A stretch of DNA of 64,000 nt from a virus (lineage: Duplodnaviria > Caudoviricetes), in IMG/VR virus record IMGVR_UViG_3300033073_000410, positions 1 through 64,000 of that record; one strand, written 5' to 3'. The notes under the pieces were generated by a model. It worked only from the letters and a program-made list of their open reading frames with translations, made no database searches and was not told the DNA's origin. Shown one piece after another: positions 36,046 to 46,833 of the stretch (position 1 is the stretch's first letter; the number at the start of each line of letters is the position of its first letter). A program made the translations under genes and the position numbers.

Positions 36046-38886
36046 TTATTTCTTTGGTACACAGTTAGGCACTGTCTTGCCGTTCTTTTTCTTCATGCCG
36101 TATTGTTCATAACCATCCCAGCAATCTTCTTCGATAGCAGCCTCAGGGCCATGATGCTTGAAATAAGCAACCCATGCTAATCTAAATGCTTTCTGACTGA
36201 ACGGGAATGGTGAACCACCACCGTAGTATAACTTCTGGAACGCATCTTTCATAGTGTCGCCAGGTCTTGCGTGACTTGCTGCCGCCCAGCCCACTTGCCA
36301 ACCCATTACATCTAAGCCAGCTTCGTAGCCACCACTTCGTTCAAACTCACGCATAGCTTCTGGATCTTTCTCAAACACAGACTTCTTTTCGTTTTGTTTG
36401 CGAATCTTAGCAATGTTTTTGGCACGATCCTTTACAATAATATCGTGTGCTTGATGTGTTGGTTCTGTCGCCCAGTCCCATGCTTTCTTAGCACCTTGTT
36501 TGATTGTATCACCAAAGCCTTCTTTAGCAACGATATCTTTATCTTTTGCTTTGTTTGAGATTTCTTTATCTTTAGCTTTTGCACCGATTTCTTTATCAGC
36601 ACCCTTCTTAAAGATTTGTAGGTCTTTGTACAGGTCACTGGCTAATTTATCTTCTGAAACTTCTGCTTCATCTACTTTTTTTGGAAGACTTTTATAGTCT
36701 GCTCCTTTATCAGCACTATGAAACTCTTTGCCAACTTTCTGACTAATGCCAACTTTCTTAGCAAACTCTGGATTGTGTGCTACTGCTGCCATTGTTCTGA
36801 ATTGTGCTTGGCTCTTTGATTTTTCATTGACTTGTTTAGCACGAGGATCTTGCCAGTGATAGATTAAACCATCACGACCTAAGGTTTCGCTCTTGCTCCC
36901 TCTATCTCCGGGAAAACTTGGCTTACGAGGTTCAGGGAACTTGCCTGTTGCTTGGGGTCCTGGCTTTAAGAAACTATTGGCTTCTTCTACTTGTTCGCCA
37001 CCTGCCATATGAGCACCATCGACAATCTTGCCGTTAGTAAACTTAAATGATTGTACACCATCTGGTGTTAACATCTTCTTCAATCCCATTGTAGTGATTG
37101 TTCCTGGGTCGGCTTGTCCTACACGCTTTTCTTCTACTGGCAATGCTGAACCACGAGGTAATACTTTCTTACCGTTTTGTAATTTACGTGATAGTAAATC
37201 TTGCAATACATAATCAGCGTTGTTAATAACAACTTGACGAGCTTCTTCTGGACTTGAAGCAACTACTGAGTACAGTCTTGGACCATAATCAGCATACTTG
37301 CCACGATAGTAGTTATTGAACACACGAACGTCCCATACACGCCAATCTTTAAGAGCGGCGAACGTAGACATTTCTTCACCTTCTTTAACGTCTTTATTCT
37401 TTTCTGCATCAGCAATATGTTGTTGCAACATAGCCCACAATCTATCACTTTCAGACTGTTTAGCTTCTTTATCTTTCCCAGACAACTCAGCTTTTGGCTT
37501 TTTACTCAATTCTTTTCTAGCAGTCTTTGTATTTGCTTTTTTAACTTCAGCTAAAGCATCTTCTGGTTGTCTTCTTGCTTGCGGTAATTGGTCATGTTCT
37601 TGTAAATAATCAAAGAACTCTTGAACTGACATACCATAATCACGTTCCACACCTGCTCTGAATGTAGCTTGTTCTTGAGGAGAAGCATTGTTGTACTTAT
37701 CCATTAGTTCAGTAACTGTCAAATCGGCGTCAATTATATTCTGATTTGCTTGTTGAGTAGCTACTACACCGAGCCATCTAATCTTATCAATAATCATACT
37801 AATCTCAGCAGTGATATTATTTCTAGTATCCATTGATGCTCTGCCAAACTTTTTCACCTGCTGTTGACTTAATGCTCTAGCGACTTCCATAAAGTCACTA
37901 CTGTTGACACCAGCTTTTTGTAATTCTTCTTTAGCGTATGCTAACCATTCTTTACCTTCATCAGTCAATCTCCAACTATTATCAATTTCAACTTGCTGAG
38001 GAGATGGGATTGAGGCAACAGTTGAACTGAAAGTTTGACCGCTTGGACGATTGACAATTTCTAAGATTGCTCTGATAGATGGTGTGATATCATTATTACC
38101 TTGAATCGCTGCACCAGTGTTAGGATTATATGATTGATTGTTTTCTGGGCCAAAATGCTTGACTTGCCACATACTCAATCGTCTTGCCAATGATATACGT
38201 TGTGCAGGATCAGCAGCTTCTAATTGTTTCTGAGCATATGCTAAGAAGCGTTGAAACTTATCACCTTCTTCTTCCCACTCATCAGCTTCTTCTAAACGTT
38301 GGTCGTTTGGTACACCACGTTGAAACAACTCTTGATGAATTGCTTGCCATGCTTCATTGTTCTTTTTACCTTCAGCACGTAATTCTTCTGTGTTTGGAGG
38401 TGCATCTCCGCCAAACAAACTAGCACCTTTATATTTGTTAAAGATGGCTTGAATTTCGTCACTACGTTTTCTAATATCACGTAGCATTTGCTTTAATTTG
38501 TCAGTTGGGATTTCTTTATATGGAGCTAATTTTGCTTGATATGCTGAAACATTAGCTTGTTGTTGTTCTTTTCCTTTAACTAAACCATCTTTGTAACCAC
38601 GTGAATATTCACCTGATTCAGGACCATAGATAGAACTAGCACGAGGATTAGCTTCACCCCTGATACCGTCATTGACGCCATCTTCATAAGCACCTTCTTT
38701 AACTGACACTGAGTTAGGAAATTTGTCACTAGTCTTGATGCCTTGTAACATAGAGCCTTTGCCTCTACGCTTAACTCTTCCTAGTGGTTGACTTACTGAC
38801 GCTACACTAGCACTTGTGCTAGTTCCCGCATCCGATTCTGTTACAACTTCTTGTTGTTTTGGTGCTAAAAGTTTTTCGATTTTCAT
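36046..38886 (-). CDS. Modular head-internal polyprotein-like protein
   Basis: About 11 (V/L/I/A)-x-E linkers separating short modules; C-terminal CWDGY...VPNCVP. Confidence 0.6.
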   Translation of the reverse strand: MKIEKLLAPKQQEVVTESDAGTSTSASVASVSQPLGRVKRRGKGSMLQGIKTSDKFPNSVSVKEGAYEDGVNDGIRGEANPRASSIYGPESGEYSRGYKDGLVKGKEQQQANVSAYQAKLAPYKEIPTDKLKQMLRDIRKRSDEIQAIFNKYKGASLFGGDAPPNTEELRAEGKKNNEAWQAIHQELFQRGVPNDQRLEEADEWEEEGDKFQRFLAYAQKQLEAADPAQRISLARRLSMWQVKHFGPENNQSYNPNTGAAIQGNNDITPSIRAILEIVNRPSGQTFSSTVASIPSPQQVEIDNSWRLTDEGKEWLAYAKEELQKAGVNSSDFMEVARALSQQQVKKFGRASMDTRNNITAEISMIIDKIRWLGVVATQQANQNIIDADLTVTELMDKYNNASPQEQATFRAGVERDYGMSVQEFFDYLQEHDQLPQARRQPEDALAEVKKANTKTARKELSKKPKAELSGKDKEAKQSESDRLWAMLQQHIADAEKNKDVKEGEEMSTFAALKDWRVWDVRVFNNYYRGKYADYGPRLYSVVASSPEEARQVVINNADYVLQDLLSRKLQNGKKVLPRGSALPVEEKRVGQADPGTITTMGLKKMLTPDGVQSFKFTNGKIVDGAHMAGGEQVEEANSFLKPGPQATGKFPEPRKPSFPGDRGSKSETLGRDGLIYHWQDPRAKQVNEKSKSQAQFRTMAAVAHNPEFAKKVGISQKVGKEFHSADKGADYKSLPKKVDEAEVSEDKLASDLYKDLQIFKKGADKEIGAKAKDKEISNKAKDKDIVAKEGFGDTIKQGAKKAWDWATEPTHQAHDIIVKDRAKNIAKIRKQNEKKSVFEKDPEAMREFERSGGYEAGLDVMGWQVGWAAASHARPGDTMKDAFQKLYYGGGSPFPFSQKAFRLAWVAYFKHHGPEAAIEEDCWDGYEQYGMKKKNGKTVPNCVPKK

Positions 38887-38909
38887 AAAAAGATCCGTTA
38901 ATCTAATAT

Positions 38910-41588
38910 TTATCTGCGGCGTCTATTAACTCTAGGATAAATTTGTCCAGAGCTTGGTTGTGGTAAATGTGTATTTCTAGGATATACTTGCCCAGTTGTA
39001 TTAACCTCATTCTTATAATATAGATATAAGTTTACTGAACCCTGCAAATCTGTTAAATCAGCTGGGCCACCGTGTGTTTCAGTAATTTGACCGTGCTTTG
39101 CTAGATTTAAAATATAACGTTTTGCAGTATCTTGATTCATGTATGGATATAACTCTAACGCACATGCCAATACACCAGCTACTTGAGGTGTAGCCATACT
39201 TGTTCCGCTGAACTTACCTAAGCCATAACTATTACTTCTTGGATCAACGACAGCATAATTATACAAGCATGAAATGATATTTGTACCAGGGCTATAAACA
39301 TCCACACCCGGTCCACAGTCACTGTATGATGCTTTATAATCTCCGACGGATACGTCAATTGAGCCTACACAAATAGTATTCAAATCAAAGTCACCTCCAC
39401 CGGCTATTGATTCAACTGCTGTTGGACTTGAACCTCTCATATAATAATATGGATTCTGAACACTTGCTGGATAACGTTGCGCCATTTCGAATGTATTGTC
39501 CCAATCTAAGCCACCGGGTAAATCATGCTTCCATGAACCGTTACCAGCCGCGCCCACAAAAATAATACCTTCTTTTTGTGCATCTTCAACATCAGCATCT
39601 AAGCCAGGCACTCGCATTGGAATACGTTTACCAGCAATAAATCCCCAAGCATTTAATTGCTCAGTGGAAAAACCACCCGATGAATAGCGTAACCCGTTAC
39701 TACTTGTTTGAATATCAAATGTTTCAGGGGTATGTTCATTAAAAGTATATTGAATACGCATATTAGTAACAGTTGATGAGTACGCCGCTGACATACCAAT
39801 GTGTAATGTAAACTGCCTATTAGGTGCAGTTCCTGTTACAGTAGAATATACCTCAGTCAATCTCCTATCGCCGCCACCCCAAAAGATTTTAGGATATGAT
39901 GGGTAAGCATAGCTTAAACCATAGTATGCATCTGAGCCACCGCCGAATGTAAGATATCCGTTAGTACAAACGTAAACGCCACTATACGTTCCGCCCAAAT
40001 ATCTGATATTAAAAGGCAACGCAACATATCCAAATCCATCATCCATGCTTCCTGTAAAGGGGATAGAACCAATAATATTGGTCATACTTGATGTATTGAG
40101 TAAAACGTTTGCTATTTCAGTTGTATCGGCAGAATAACTTCCAGGAGTAACTACGTGTACGTCAAAAATAACGTCATAGCCGGCCCAATCATCTTGTTCC
40201 GTCACCGAATCAAAAGTAATTGTATACGGACCTGTTCCGGTAACTTGATATGATTTTGATATTAGTACTTCACCATCACCATAAAATCCATCAAGTGTTT
40301 GAGTTTCAGTATCTTGAAATAAAACGGTCTCACCTTCACGAATAGTAACCGTAATACCGATATCAAAAATAGTCAATGATCCTACTACTGCTATATCAGC
40401 TAATACCGCAATATCCGCAGGACCAGTGAGTGTAACAGTATATGAACTTGATGCAGGTCTTGTTGAGGCAGTATATGTTGCTTGTCCCGGACCACTAGCA
40501 ACCCATCCAGATGGAATATCAGTGATACTCGGTGGAGTACCACCTAAGTCTCCAAACGTTGTTAACCTATAGCCAGCGTTTTCTTTTTTGTCAAATGTAG
40601 CTAACAATGTAGTAGCCGAACATATACCATATAAACCGCTGTATGCAACTGATGTTACAGGTGTATGTCGTTGTCCTCTATATGTTACTGCCGTGATATC
40701 AGAAAATGACCATTCACTAGGGAAAATACTTTGTCCCCAACTATTAGTTGATAGTGTAGGGTTCTTTCTTCCGGTTTCAGAATTAACTTCTTTGTGTCTA
40801 TGGAATGCACGAATATAATCCATTACATAATCAAACTGTGTCCAAGTATTGAAATCTGGACTAGCATCATAATAGATATTATAGATATTTGCATCACGTG
40901 CCCAACCTTGAGTATTGCCAGCAACAGTACCAGCAACGTGTAATGGATGGTCTTGTGGGTAACCACTAAAATTATATGAATAATTAGTAACTGCTGTTCC
41001 AGTTACTTCCGGATTCCATTGACACCAATTGATTGATTTAACCCTAGTGCCACCTGTACCGTCACTATTAACTTGGTATTCTGGGTGTCCGGGGGAAATG
41101 CCATCAGCGTCAGTAACAACAACGTCAACGTTCTTACCTGTTTGTCCTAAAGTAATAGAACCTGTTTGCATCTGTGTTCCATTGCTACCCCAGTTACTTC
41201 TATTTTCACCCTCAATACAACGTAATAAACCCCAATTCTTCATGGGAGTTGTAGTATTACCACTCTTGTCCCATGCAGTACTTGATTGACTAACTGAATC
41301 AGTCACATCTTCAAACGTACCGGCTGTAATACCCATGTATTTTTTATGTATGGTTACCATTTTAACTAAAGGATTATTACGTAATTCTTCAGCTTCACCG
41401 TGTGTTAAACTATATGTTGTGTTACGACTTGAAGGTCTACGGTCTTTACAGTAAACACTTCTAGTAATCGTTGTATTAGCCGGAGCTTTTAAATGAGATT
41501 CTAACTCATCATATATCGTTTCTAAGTCAGCAAAGTCGTTAACCGTGACGATATAATCAAATCTTCTATTTGATTCTAAGTAGGTCAT
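38910..41588 (-). CDS. Subtilisin-like S8 serine protease with large beta-rich insertion
   Basis: VDVVVTD, HPLHVAGTVAG, AAGN, DVYSPG, SGTSMATPQVAG. Confidence 0.9.
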   Translation of the reverse strand: MTYLESNRRFDYIVTVNDFADLETIYDELESHLKAPANTTITRSVYCKDRRPSSRNTTYSLTHGEAEELRNNPLVKMVTIHKKYMGITAGTFEDVTDSVSQSSTAWDKSGNTTTPMKNWGLLRCIEGENRSNWGSNGTQMQTGSITLGQTGKNVDVVVTDADGISPGHPEYQVNSDGTGGTRVKSINWCQWNPEVTGTAVTNYSYNFSGYPQDHPLHVAGTVAGNTQGWARDANIYNIYYDASPDFNTWTQFDYVMDYIRAFHRHKEVNSETGRKNPTLSTNSWGQSIFPSEWSFSDITAVTYRGQRHTPVTSVAYSGLYGICSATTLLATFDKKENAGYRLTTFGDLGGTPPSITDIPSGWVASGPGQATYTASTRPASSSYTVTLTGPADIAVLADIAVVGSLTIFDIGITVTIREGETVLFQDTETQTLDGFYGDGEVLISKSYQVTGTGPYTITFDSVTEQDDWAGYDVIFDVHVVTPGSYSADTTEIANVLLNTSSMTNIIGSIPFTGSMDDGFGYVALPFNIRYLGGTYSGVYVCTNGYLTFGGGSDAYYGLSYAYPSYPKIFWGGGDRRLTEVYSTVTGTAPNRQFTLHIGMSAAYSSTVTNMRIQYTFNEHTPETFDIQTSSNGLRYSSGGFSTEQLNAWGFIAGKRIPMRVPGLDADVEDAQKEGIIFVGAAGNGSWKHDLPGGLDWDNTFEMAQRYPASVQNPYYYMRGSSPTAVESIAGGGDFDLNTICVGSIDVSVGDYKASYSDCGPGVDVYSPGTNIISCLYNYAVVDPRSNSYGLGKFSGTSMATPQVAGVLACALELYPYMNQDTAKRYILNLAKHGQITETHGGPADLTDLQGSVNLYLYYKNEVNTTGQVYPRNTHLPQPSSGQIYPRVNRRRR

Positions 41589-41591
41589 ATA

Positions 41592-44500
41592 TTATACCTC
41601 TAATTGTAATACAGTTAATGTTACTGTGATTGCTTGTGTTGAACCACTTAAGTTAGTAATTGTTGCAGGAATCTGATTTGTTACTGAACTTTCGTTATTG
41701 AAGCCGTATACTGCTGGAGCTAATACAACTGTTTCACCTGCAGATGTTACGATTTCAGTAATTAATCCCACACCACTTGCAGGTTCATTACCGATTGCAC
41801 GTGAACTATCACTTGTGCGACTTGCTTGGTCAGTATATAAACGAACTCTTGCGGCTGCATTAGTTTCAATCTTGTACAACAAATAGCCCTTGTATGCAGT
41901 AAATGAACTTGATGCGCTTGCGGCATTAGCAATAGAACTTGTAGTTACTGATACAGTACCGCGAGATGTTAATCCTGCTCCGCCTCCACCACCTTGACCT
42001 AAAACTGTTTGTCCGTTGCTATCAACAATGTCACCACCTGCAGGTAATGTTAGTACATTATTTTCAAATACCCACGGGGTAGCACCTGATTGCACAACAA
42101 TAGCACCAGGTAATACACCACCATCTCCATCACCTGCTTGAATATGAATATTACCACATTGACCATTTTCGTTTGAGCCGCCACTAGACAAGTAAACATT
42201 ACCGCCTTGTGGCTCTGGTTGTCCTACATCATTGTAACCACTAGAACCTGCAAGTAAACGCAAGTCGCCACCGACGCTAGACTGTGCTCCCGCATCTCCA
42301 CCTGCTCCGGCCATGATTGTAACATCCTCACCATAACCAAACATTGATGGGCCAACTTCTAAGCGCATTCCGCCGCCAGTAGTTGTGAACTCCATGCCCC
42401 AAGCACTATATAGATTCAAGTTAGCTTCTGTGTCGCCCTGACCAATTGTAGTACCCTGGATGTAACAATTGTTAATGTACACACGTTCTTGTACTAATGG
42501 GTTATTCGTGTGGTCAATACCACCTCTGATTGTGACAGAACCAATCGATCCTGAACCACCTACACCAACATCTCTGCCGGCAATTAATACATTGCCTCTA
42601 CCTACGATAGCTGCTTCTTCGTTAGGAAGATATAAGTTACCATCTGTATTAAAGATCCAAGATTCGCCAGCACCAGGGGTACCTTGCCAGTTGCCCCACA
42701 CAGTAACCCCGTCGCTAGTGATATCAATCTCACCGGCGCCAGTTCCAATGTCATCACTGCCAAATGTGTACAAATACATGTTACCAGTAACTTGAATATC
42801 GCTAGTGTTTGTAACTAATTTACCTTGATTACTGAAAGCCCATTCAAATGGGCCTGCACTAGGACTCATTGTAGTGACATAAACACCATCACTATCTTTC
42901 AACCATACTTCACTGTATAGTTCACCTGAAGTATAAATGTCAATATCACTAGTATTTTGTGTGTTGTAGATGCTAGTACCATTGAAGATAATCTCACCTG
43001 TTTGTCCAGGTGGAATTTCTCCGGGCGTTGGGAACACACTAGTACCATGCTCGTCAACAATGTCGCCACCGACCGGTAATGTTAATTTACCAGTACTGTC
43101 AAATGTCCATGTCTTTGGACTAGCTTCTAAGTTCCCGGCTGCTACAGTGAATCCAGATGAATTAACAACTGCTTGACCGTTAGCACCGATAATAGCTGCT
43201 GCACCGACGGGGTTACTTAAGTATGCGGCTTGCGTATCACTTACACTCCATTGAGGTAAGTTCATTTGAGCATATCCAGTTCCTAGTTTGATTCTACCTC
43301 TGCTAGTTACTGAACCATTAGAACTAAATCTATATGTTCCTGAATCACCACCGATTTGACATCTATATGCGGCATAGTCTACAATATCACTATTAGTTGT
43401 TAATCCCAAACTACTTGTTGGATTAAATGTAGTGACAGTAGTAGTTGATGGTAATGAGCCAGGGGCTTGGTTTACTAATCCTGTAGGAACATCCCAGCCA
43501 CCGTACATTGGGCCAACTAAAAATTGGTCAAACAAATATGATTCAACATATCCATCTGTTGGTAACTGCCATGTAAATGCGCTCGTAGATGCATTTGTGC
43601 CACCGGTTTGTGGACTAACTGCTGTCTCACCAGTTAAAATTAGTTTTTGGTTGTTGTGAATTGCGGCTAACTTTGTGTTCATGCTGTTCGATGCAGGACC
43701 ATCAGTTGTACCGTATACAGAATTTGAACCTAATGTAATTTCCCAATCAAAGTTCTCACTATTTGAGTTTACCATTGTTCTTGGGTTATACTTAGCCGTA
43801 TAAAAATCCTTGTCGTTAGCAACAAATTCACCTGAGAAGACTGTACCGGCAATGTAAACGTTACCACCAACTGTATCTTCTGTCGGACGTTCTGAAATTA
43901 AACTAGTAATTCTGATAGGTAGTACGGAATTTATACCTACTTCTCTTGTCCACAAACTAGTTAGACTAGAATCAAATGTGCCAACAACAGATACATGCAA
44001 ATCGACTCCGTCGTCTTTGAAAATAGCAACTTCGATATTATGTGTGACTGTGTTAAATTCAACTGCTAGACCTTCTACATCCAATCCAGTAGTACTTAGA
44101 TTAGTAGCCGCCACTAATACACCATCAGTATCATACTTGTGCAAGACTGCAACCATATTTGAGCCACTATTGTTAGTACCGATTACATATAATGCGTTAT
44201 CAGTAGTTGTAGCATATGTAGCACATGTATAATATGTGTTAGTCAATGACAGAATTGTTTTAGCCCAAATAACGTTACCTGTATCTACATCTACTTTTGC
44301 TACTGCAGGAACAATGTTCCCACCAACCTTAGATGAACCAGCTAAGTAAACTGCGGTAGTAGGAGAGTAACTAGCAAACATGTCATTTGCTTTGAAGTTT
44401 TGTAAGATTATTGGTGTATTATCAGCTTGCTCACCTGTATCTTTAACAATCTTACCTAAATATGTTTTACCAATACTATTACTATCAGTAACTTGAGCAA

Positions 44501-45815
44501 ATGCTGACCAATAAACATATGATACGTTAACATTATTAACTACGTCAATAATATGATTTGTTGTGCCAACTATATCATTGTCATTTGGAGCAGTCCAGCT
44601 ATTACGCCATTTGATTTCACCAGTAGGTGAATATTTAACTGCCATTAATTGATTTAAGTTGTTTTTCTCGTAATTACCTAATACATAGATATCACCAGCT
44701 AAGTCAACTGTTGCACTTGAACCCGCAACGTTGGCGTTTTCAGCACCGTCACCAGCCCCAAAGATTGAGAACCAGAATGAATAATCAGTATTAGCATTCA
44801 ACCAAACATCGGCGGTTGATGTTAATGAACCTGCGTACACTGCATCTAGTTTATTATCACTTGTTCCCAAGCTATATGCTGATGATGTTGTTGGTGTAAC
44901 AGTAGAACTTATATTCAAGTTCTTTACTGAACCATCTACTGGCATATGTAATACGCCAGTGTTGTCGAACTCCCAAACTTTAGCTGGGTTACCAATTTCA
45001 TCTACATCGCCTGTACGAACTTTAACGCTTTCAAAAGCACCAGTGATATCAACATTTGCACCTCGCATTTTTAATGCACCTTCAAATACTTGCATACCCT
45101 CTGTGCCTACGCCAGACTGAATAGTAATATTACCAGCGGTGCCTGAAGTAGAGCTACCTGACTGAATTAAGATATTGCCAGCTTGGCCGCTGTAACCATA
45201 TGTACTACCTGATTCGATTCGAATATCTCCACCAAACTGTGCTGCTGGGCCCGCGTAAATCTGAACACCACCACCGCCACTCTCATACACATCATTTGAA
45301 CCTTGACCAGCATAGATTCCAATTTCGCCGCCGTTTGTAGTTGGTCCGCCAAACTCAGAGAAATCTTGTCCACCTTGAATATAAATTGGTCCGCCTGCTG
45401 TATTACTTGTAGGATCAGAACCAATAATACCGATACCTTGGTTGAATGGACCCGGGCCAATTACGCCACCGTCAAATGTTAGTGTACCATTAACGATACC
45501 ATTGCCACCACCACCTTCAACGTTAGCGATTGCATTATCAACATACGCTGTTGTCGCATATGATTGTAAGTTAGGTTTGTTTAAGATTAAACCTGTACCA
45601 GTAGTTGCGTTCCAGTCAGCTAGAACGTTTGTCTCAACAACCTTTGTTACATAGCGTGTAACGTTCTCGACTGTATTAGTGATAACTTCACGGTCTGTGC
45701 TAGTTGTATGAGTTCCGCCACCAGCTATCAAATTATTGATATCTCTATTGCGGATATAATTTAAACTTGGATCGACTGATGTATCGACTATCGTTTGTTG
45801 TGGTGTTACTGGCAT
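41592..45815 (-). CDS. Tail fibre / long virion structural protein
   Basis: ADWNA..G..ILNKP, Gly-rich GG.I.I.AG repeats, W.F...G.L.LP.GGDIVD repeats, beta-propeller-like middle. Confidence 0.75.
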   Translation of the reverse strand: MPVTPQQTIVDTSVDPSLNYIRNRDINNLIAGGGTHTTSTDREVITNTVENVTRYVTKVVETNVLADWNATTGTGLILNKPNLQSYATTAYVDNAIANVEGGGGNGIVNGTLTFDGGVIGPGPFNQGIGIIGSDPTSNTAGGPIYIQGGQDFSEFGGPTTNGGEIGIYAGQGSNDVYESGGGGVQIYAGPAAQFGGDIRIESGSTYGYSGQAGNILIQSGSSTSGTAGNITIQSGVGTEGMQVFEGALKMRGANVDITGAFESVKVRTGDVDEIGNPAKVWEFDNTGVLHMPVDGSVKNLNISSTVTPTTSSAYSLGTSDNKLDAVYAGSLTSTADVWLNANTDYSFWFSIFGAGDGAENANVAGSSATVDLAGDIYVLGNYEKNNLNQLMAVKYSPTGEIKWRNSWTAPNDNDIVGTTNHIIDVVNNVNVSYVYWSAFAQVTDSNSIGKTYLGKIVKDTGEQADNTPIILQNFKANDMFASYSPTTAVYLAGSSKVGGNIVPAVAKVDVDTGNVIWAKTILSLTNTYYTCATYATTTDNALYVIGTNNSGSNMVAVLHKYDTDGVLVAATNLSTTGLDVEGLAVEFNTVTHNIEVAIFKDDGVDLHVSVVGTFDSSLTSLWTREVGINSVLPIRITSLISERPTEDTVGGNVYIAGTVFSGEFVANDKDFYTAKYNPRTMVNSNSENFDWEITLGSNSVYGTTDGPASNSMNTKLAAIHNNQKLILTGETAVSPQTGGTNASTSAFTWQLPTDGYVESYLFDQFLVGPMYGGWDVPTGLVNQAPGSLPSTTTVTTFNPTSSLGLTTNSDIVDYAAYRCQIGGDSGTYRFSSNGSVTSRGRIKLGTGYAQMNLPQWSVSDTQAAYLSNPVGAAAIIGANGQAVVNSSGFTVAAGNLEASPKTWTFDSTGKLTLPVGGDIVDEHGTSVFPTPGEIPPGQTGEIIFNGTSIYNTQNTSDIDIYTSGELYSEVWLKDSDGVYVTTMSPSAGPFEWAFSNQGKLVTNTSDIQVTGNMYLYTFGSDDIGTGAGEIDITSDGVTVWGNWQGTPGAGESWIFNTDGNLYLPNEEAAIVGRGNVLIAGRDVGVGGSGSIGSVTIRGGIDHTNNPLVQERVYINNCYIQGTTIGQGDTEANLNLYSAWGMEFTTTGGGMRLEVGPSMFGYGEDVTIMAGAGGDAGAQSSVGGDLRLLAGSSGYNDVGQPEPQGGNVYLSSGGSNENGQCGNIHIQAGDGDGGVLPGAIVVQSGATPWVFENNVLTLPAGGDIVDSNGQTVLGQGGGGGAGLTSRGTVSVTTSSIANAASASSSFTAYKGYLLYKIETNAAARVRLYTDQASRTSDSSRAIGNEPASGVGLITEIVTSAGETVVLAPAVYGFNNESSVTNQIPATITNLSGSTQAITVTLTVLQLEV

Positions 45816-45836
45816 TTTACTTCTTCCTTATTATTC

Positions 45837-46766
45837 TTATGGTTGTAAAATCGGCGGTCTGCCGTTACGTTGGATCTTGCTGCCTAACTTTCTAGCATTA
45901 TCCTTGATACTATTTGGGGTTACATCTACGCTTAAACCCATTTTCCAACGAGGATCGTTTCTTTCTTCCTCGCTTGGGATATATCCTGAGCACTCTTGTA
46001 CATACTGTGTCCAACCCTCAAGTAAGTCATCTTCTATTGAAGTATCTTCTACTTCTTCTGGGAGGCTCAAGTGTTTGCTATGCAGTTCATCTAGTTGTTT
46101 GTATAGTCTAGTGATGATACCTGCATTGCGTAATGCTTTGTATGCTAGATTTTCGGGGCCAAATTCCCCAGTTTTATCTAAGCCTGCTTTGCGATATTTC
46201 TTTAATGTTCTTAAAACACCTTGAATTCTCTCGTAATTACCACTCTTTAATGCATACTCAGCTAATTTAATTAGTTTCTGATACTTAATCTTAGTAGCGG
46301 CTTGGTCAAAGTGTGCTCTACGCTTACGAGGTAATCTATTCCACTTGTCATTTAGTACACTATACTCTCCTAAGCTGACTACAGGTAAGTTTGTATCTTG
46401 TACATATAATTCTACTTCATAGCCACCAATAGTAATGTCATGGCTATCGTTATATACGTTCTTTTTAGCATCGAATAGTTCACGGTAAACGTCATCGTCT
46501 TTAAACTTACTCATATCTACCAAGATATGCAAGTCAATGTCTGAGTATGGTGTGTAACTATAAGCTGCACTTGAACCACTGATTGTAATATCTTCAATCT
46601 CTAAGTGGTTGATACCTAAATGGTCAACGAAATCTTCTGCTATCACTAATAATTGACTTCTAACCTCTGGAATCATGGAATCACCCTGAAATATAGCTGG
46701 GTTTAGTTCTTTGTGGAAGCGTACTGTATCGCTGAGGTTTAAATTGTACAGTTCATTAAGGTTCAT
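45837..46766 (-). CDS. Pol-beta superfamily nucleotidyltransferase
   Basis: SGS.A.Y.Y..YSDIDLH...VELYVQ; GEFG.ENL.YK.LR. Confidence 0.8.
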   Translation of the reverse strand: MNLNELYNLNLSDTVRFHKELNPAIFQGDSMIPEVRSQLLVIAEDFVDHLGINHLEIEDITISGSSAAYSYTPYSDIDLHILVDMSKFKDDDVYRELFDAKKNVYNDSHDITIGGYEVELYVQDTNLPVVSLGEYSVLNDKWNRLPRKRRAHFDQAATKIKYQKLIKLAEYALKSGNYERIQGVLRTLKKYRKAGLDKTGEFGPENLAYKALRNAGIITRLYKQLDELHSKHLSLPEEVEDTSIEDDLLEGWTQYVQECSGYIPSEEERNDPRWKMGLSVDVTPNSIKDNARKLGSKIQRNGRPPILQP

Positions 46767-46778
46767 ATTTTATTTATC

Positions 46779-46815
46779 AAAAAAACGGCTACCTTAGTTT
46801 CCTAGGGTAGCCGTT
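46779..46815 (-). terminator. Rho-independent terminator
   Basis: CGGCTACC..GGTAGCCG stem with a U-tract on the minus strand. Confidence 0.85.
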
Positions 46816-46833
46816 GTGTAGAATATTAGTATA

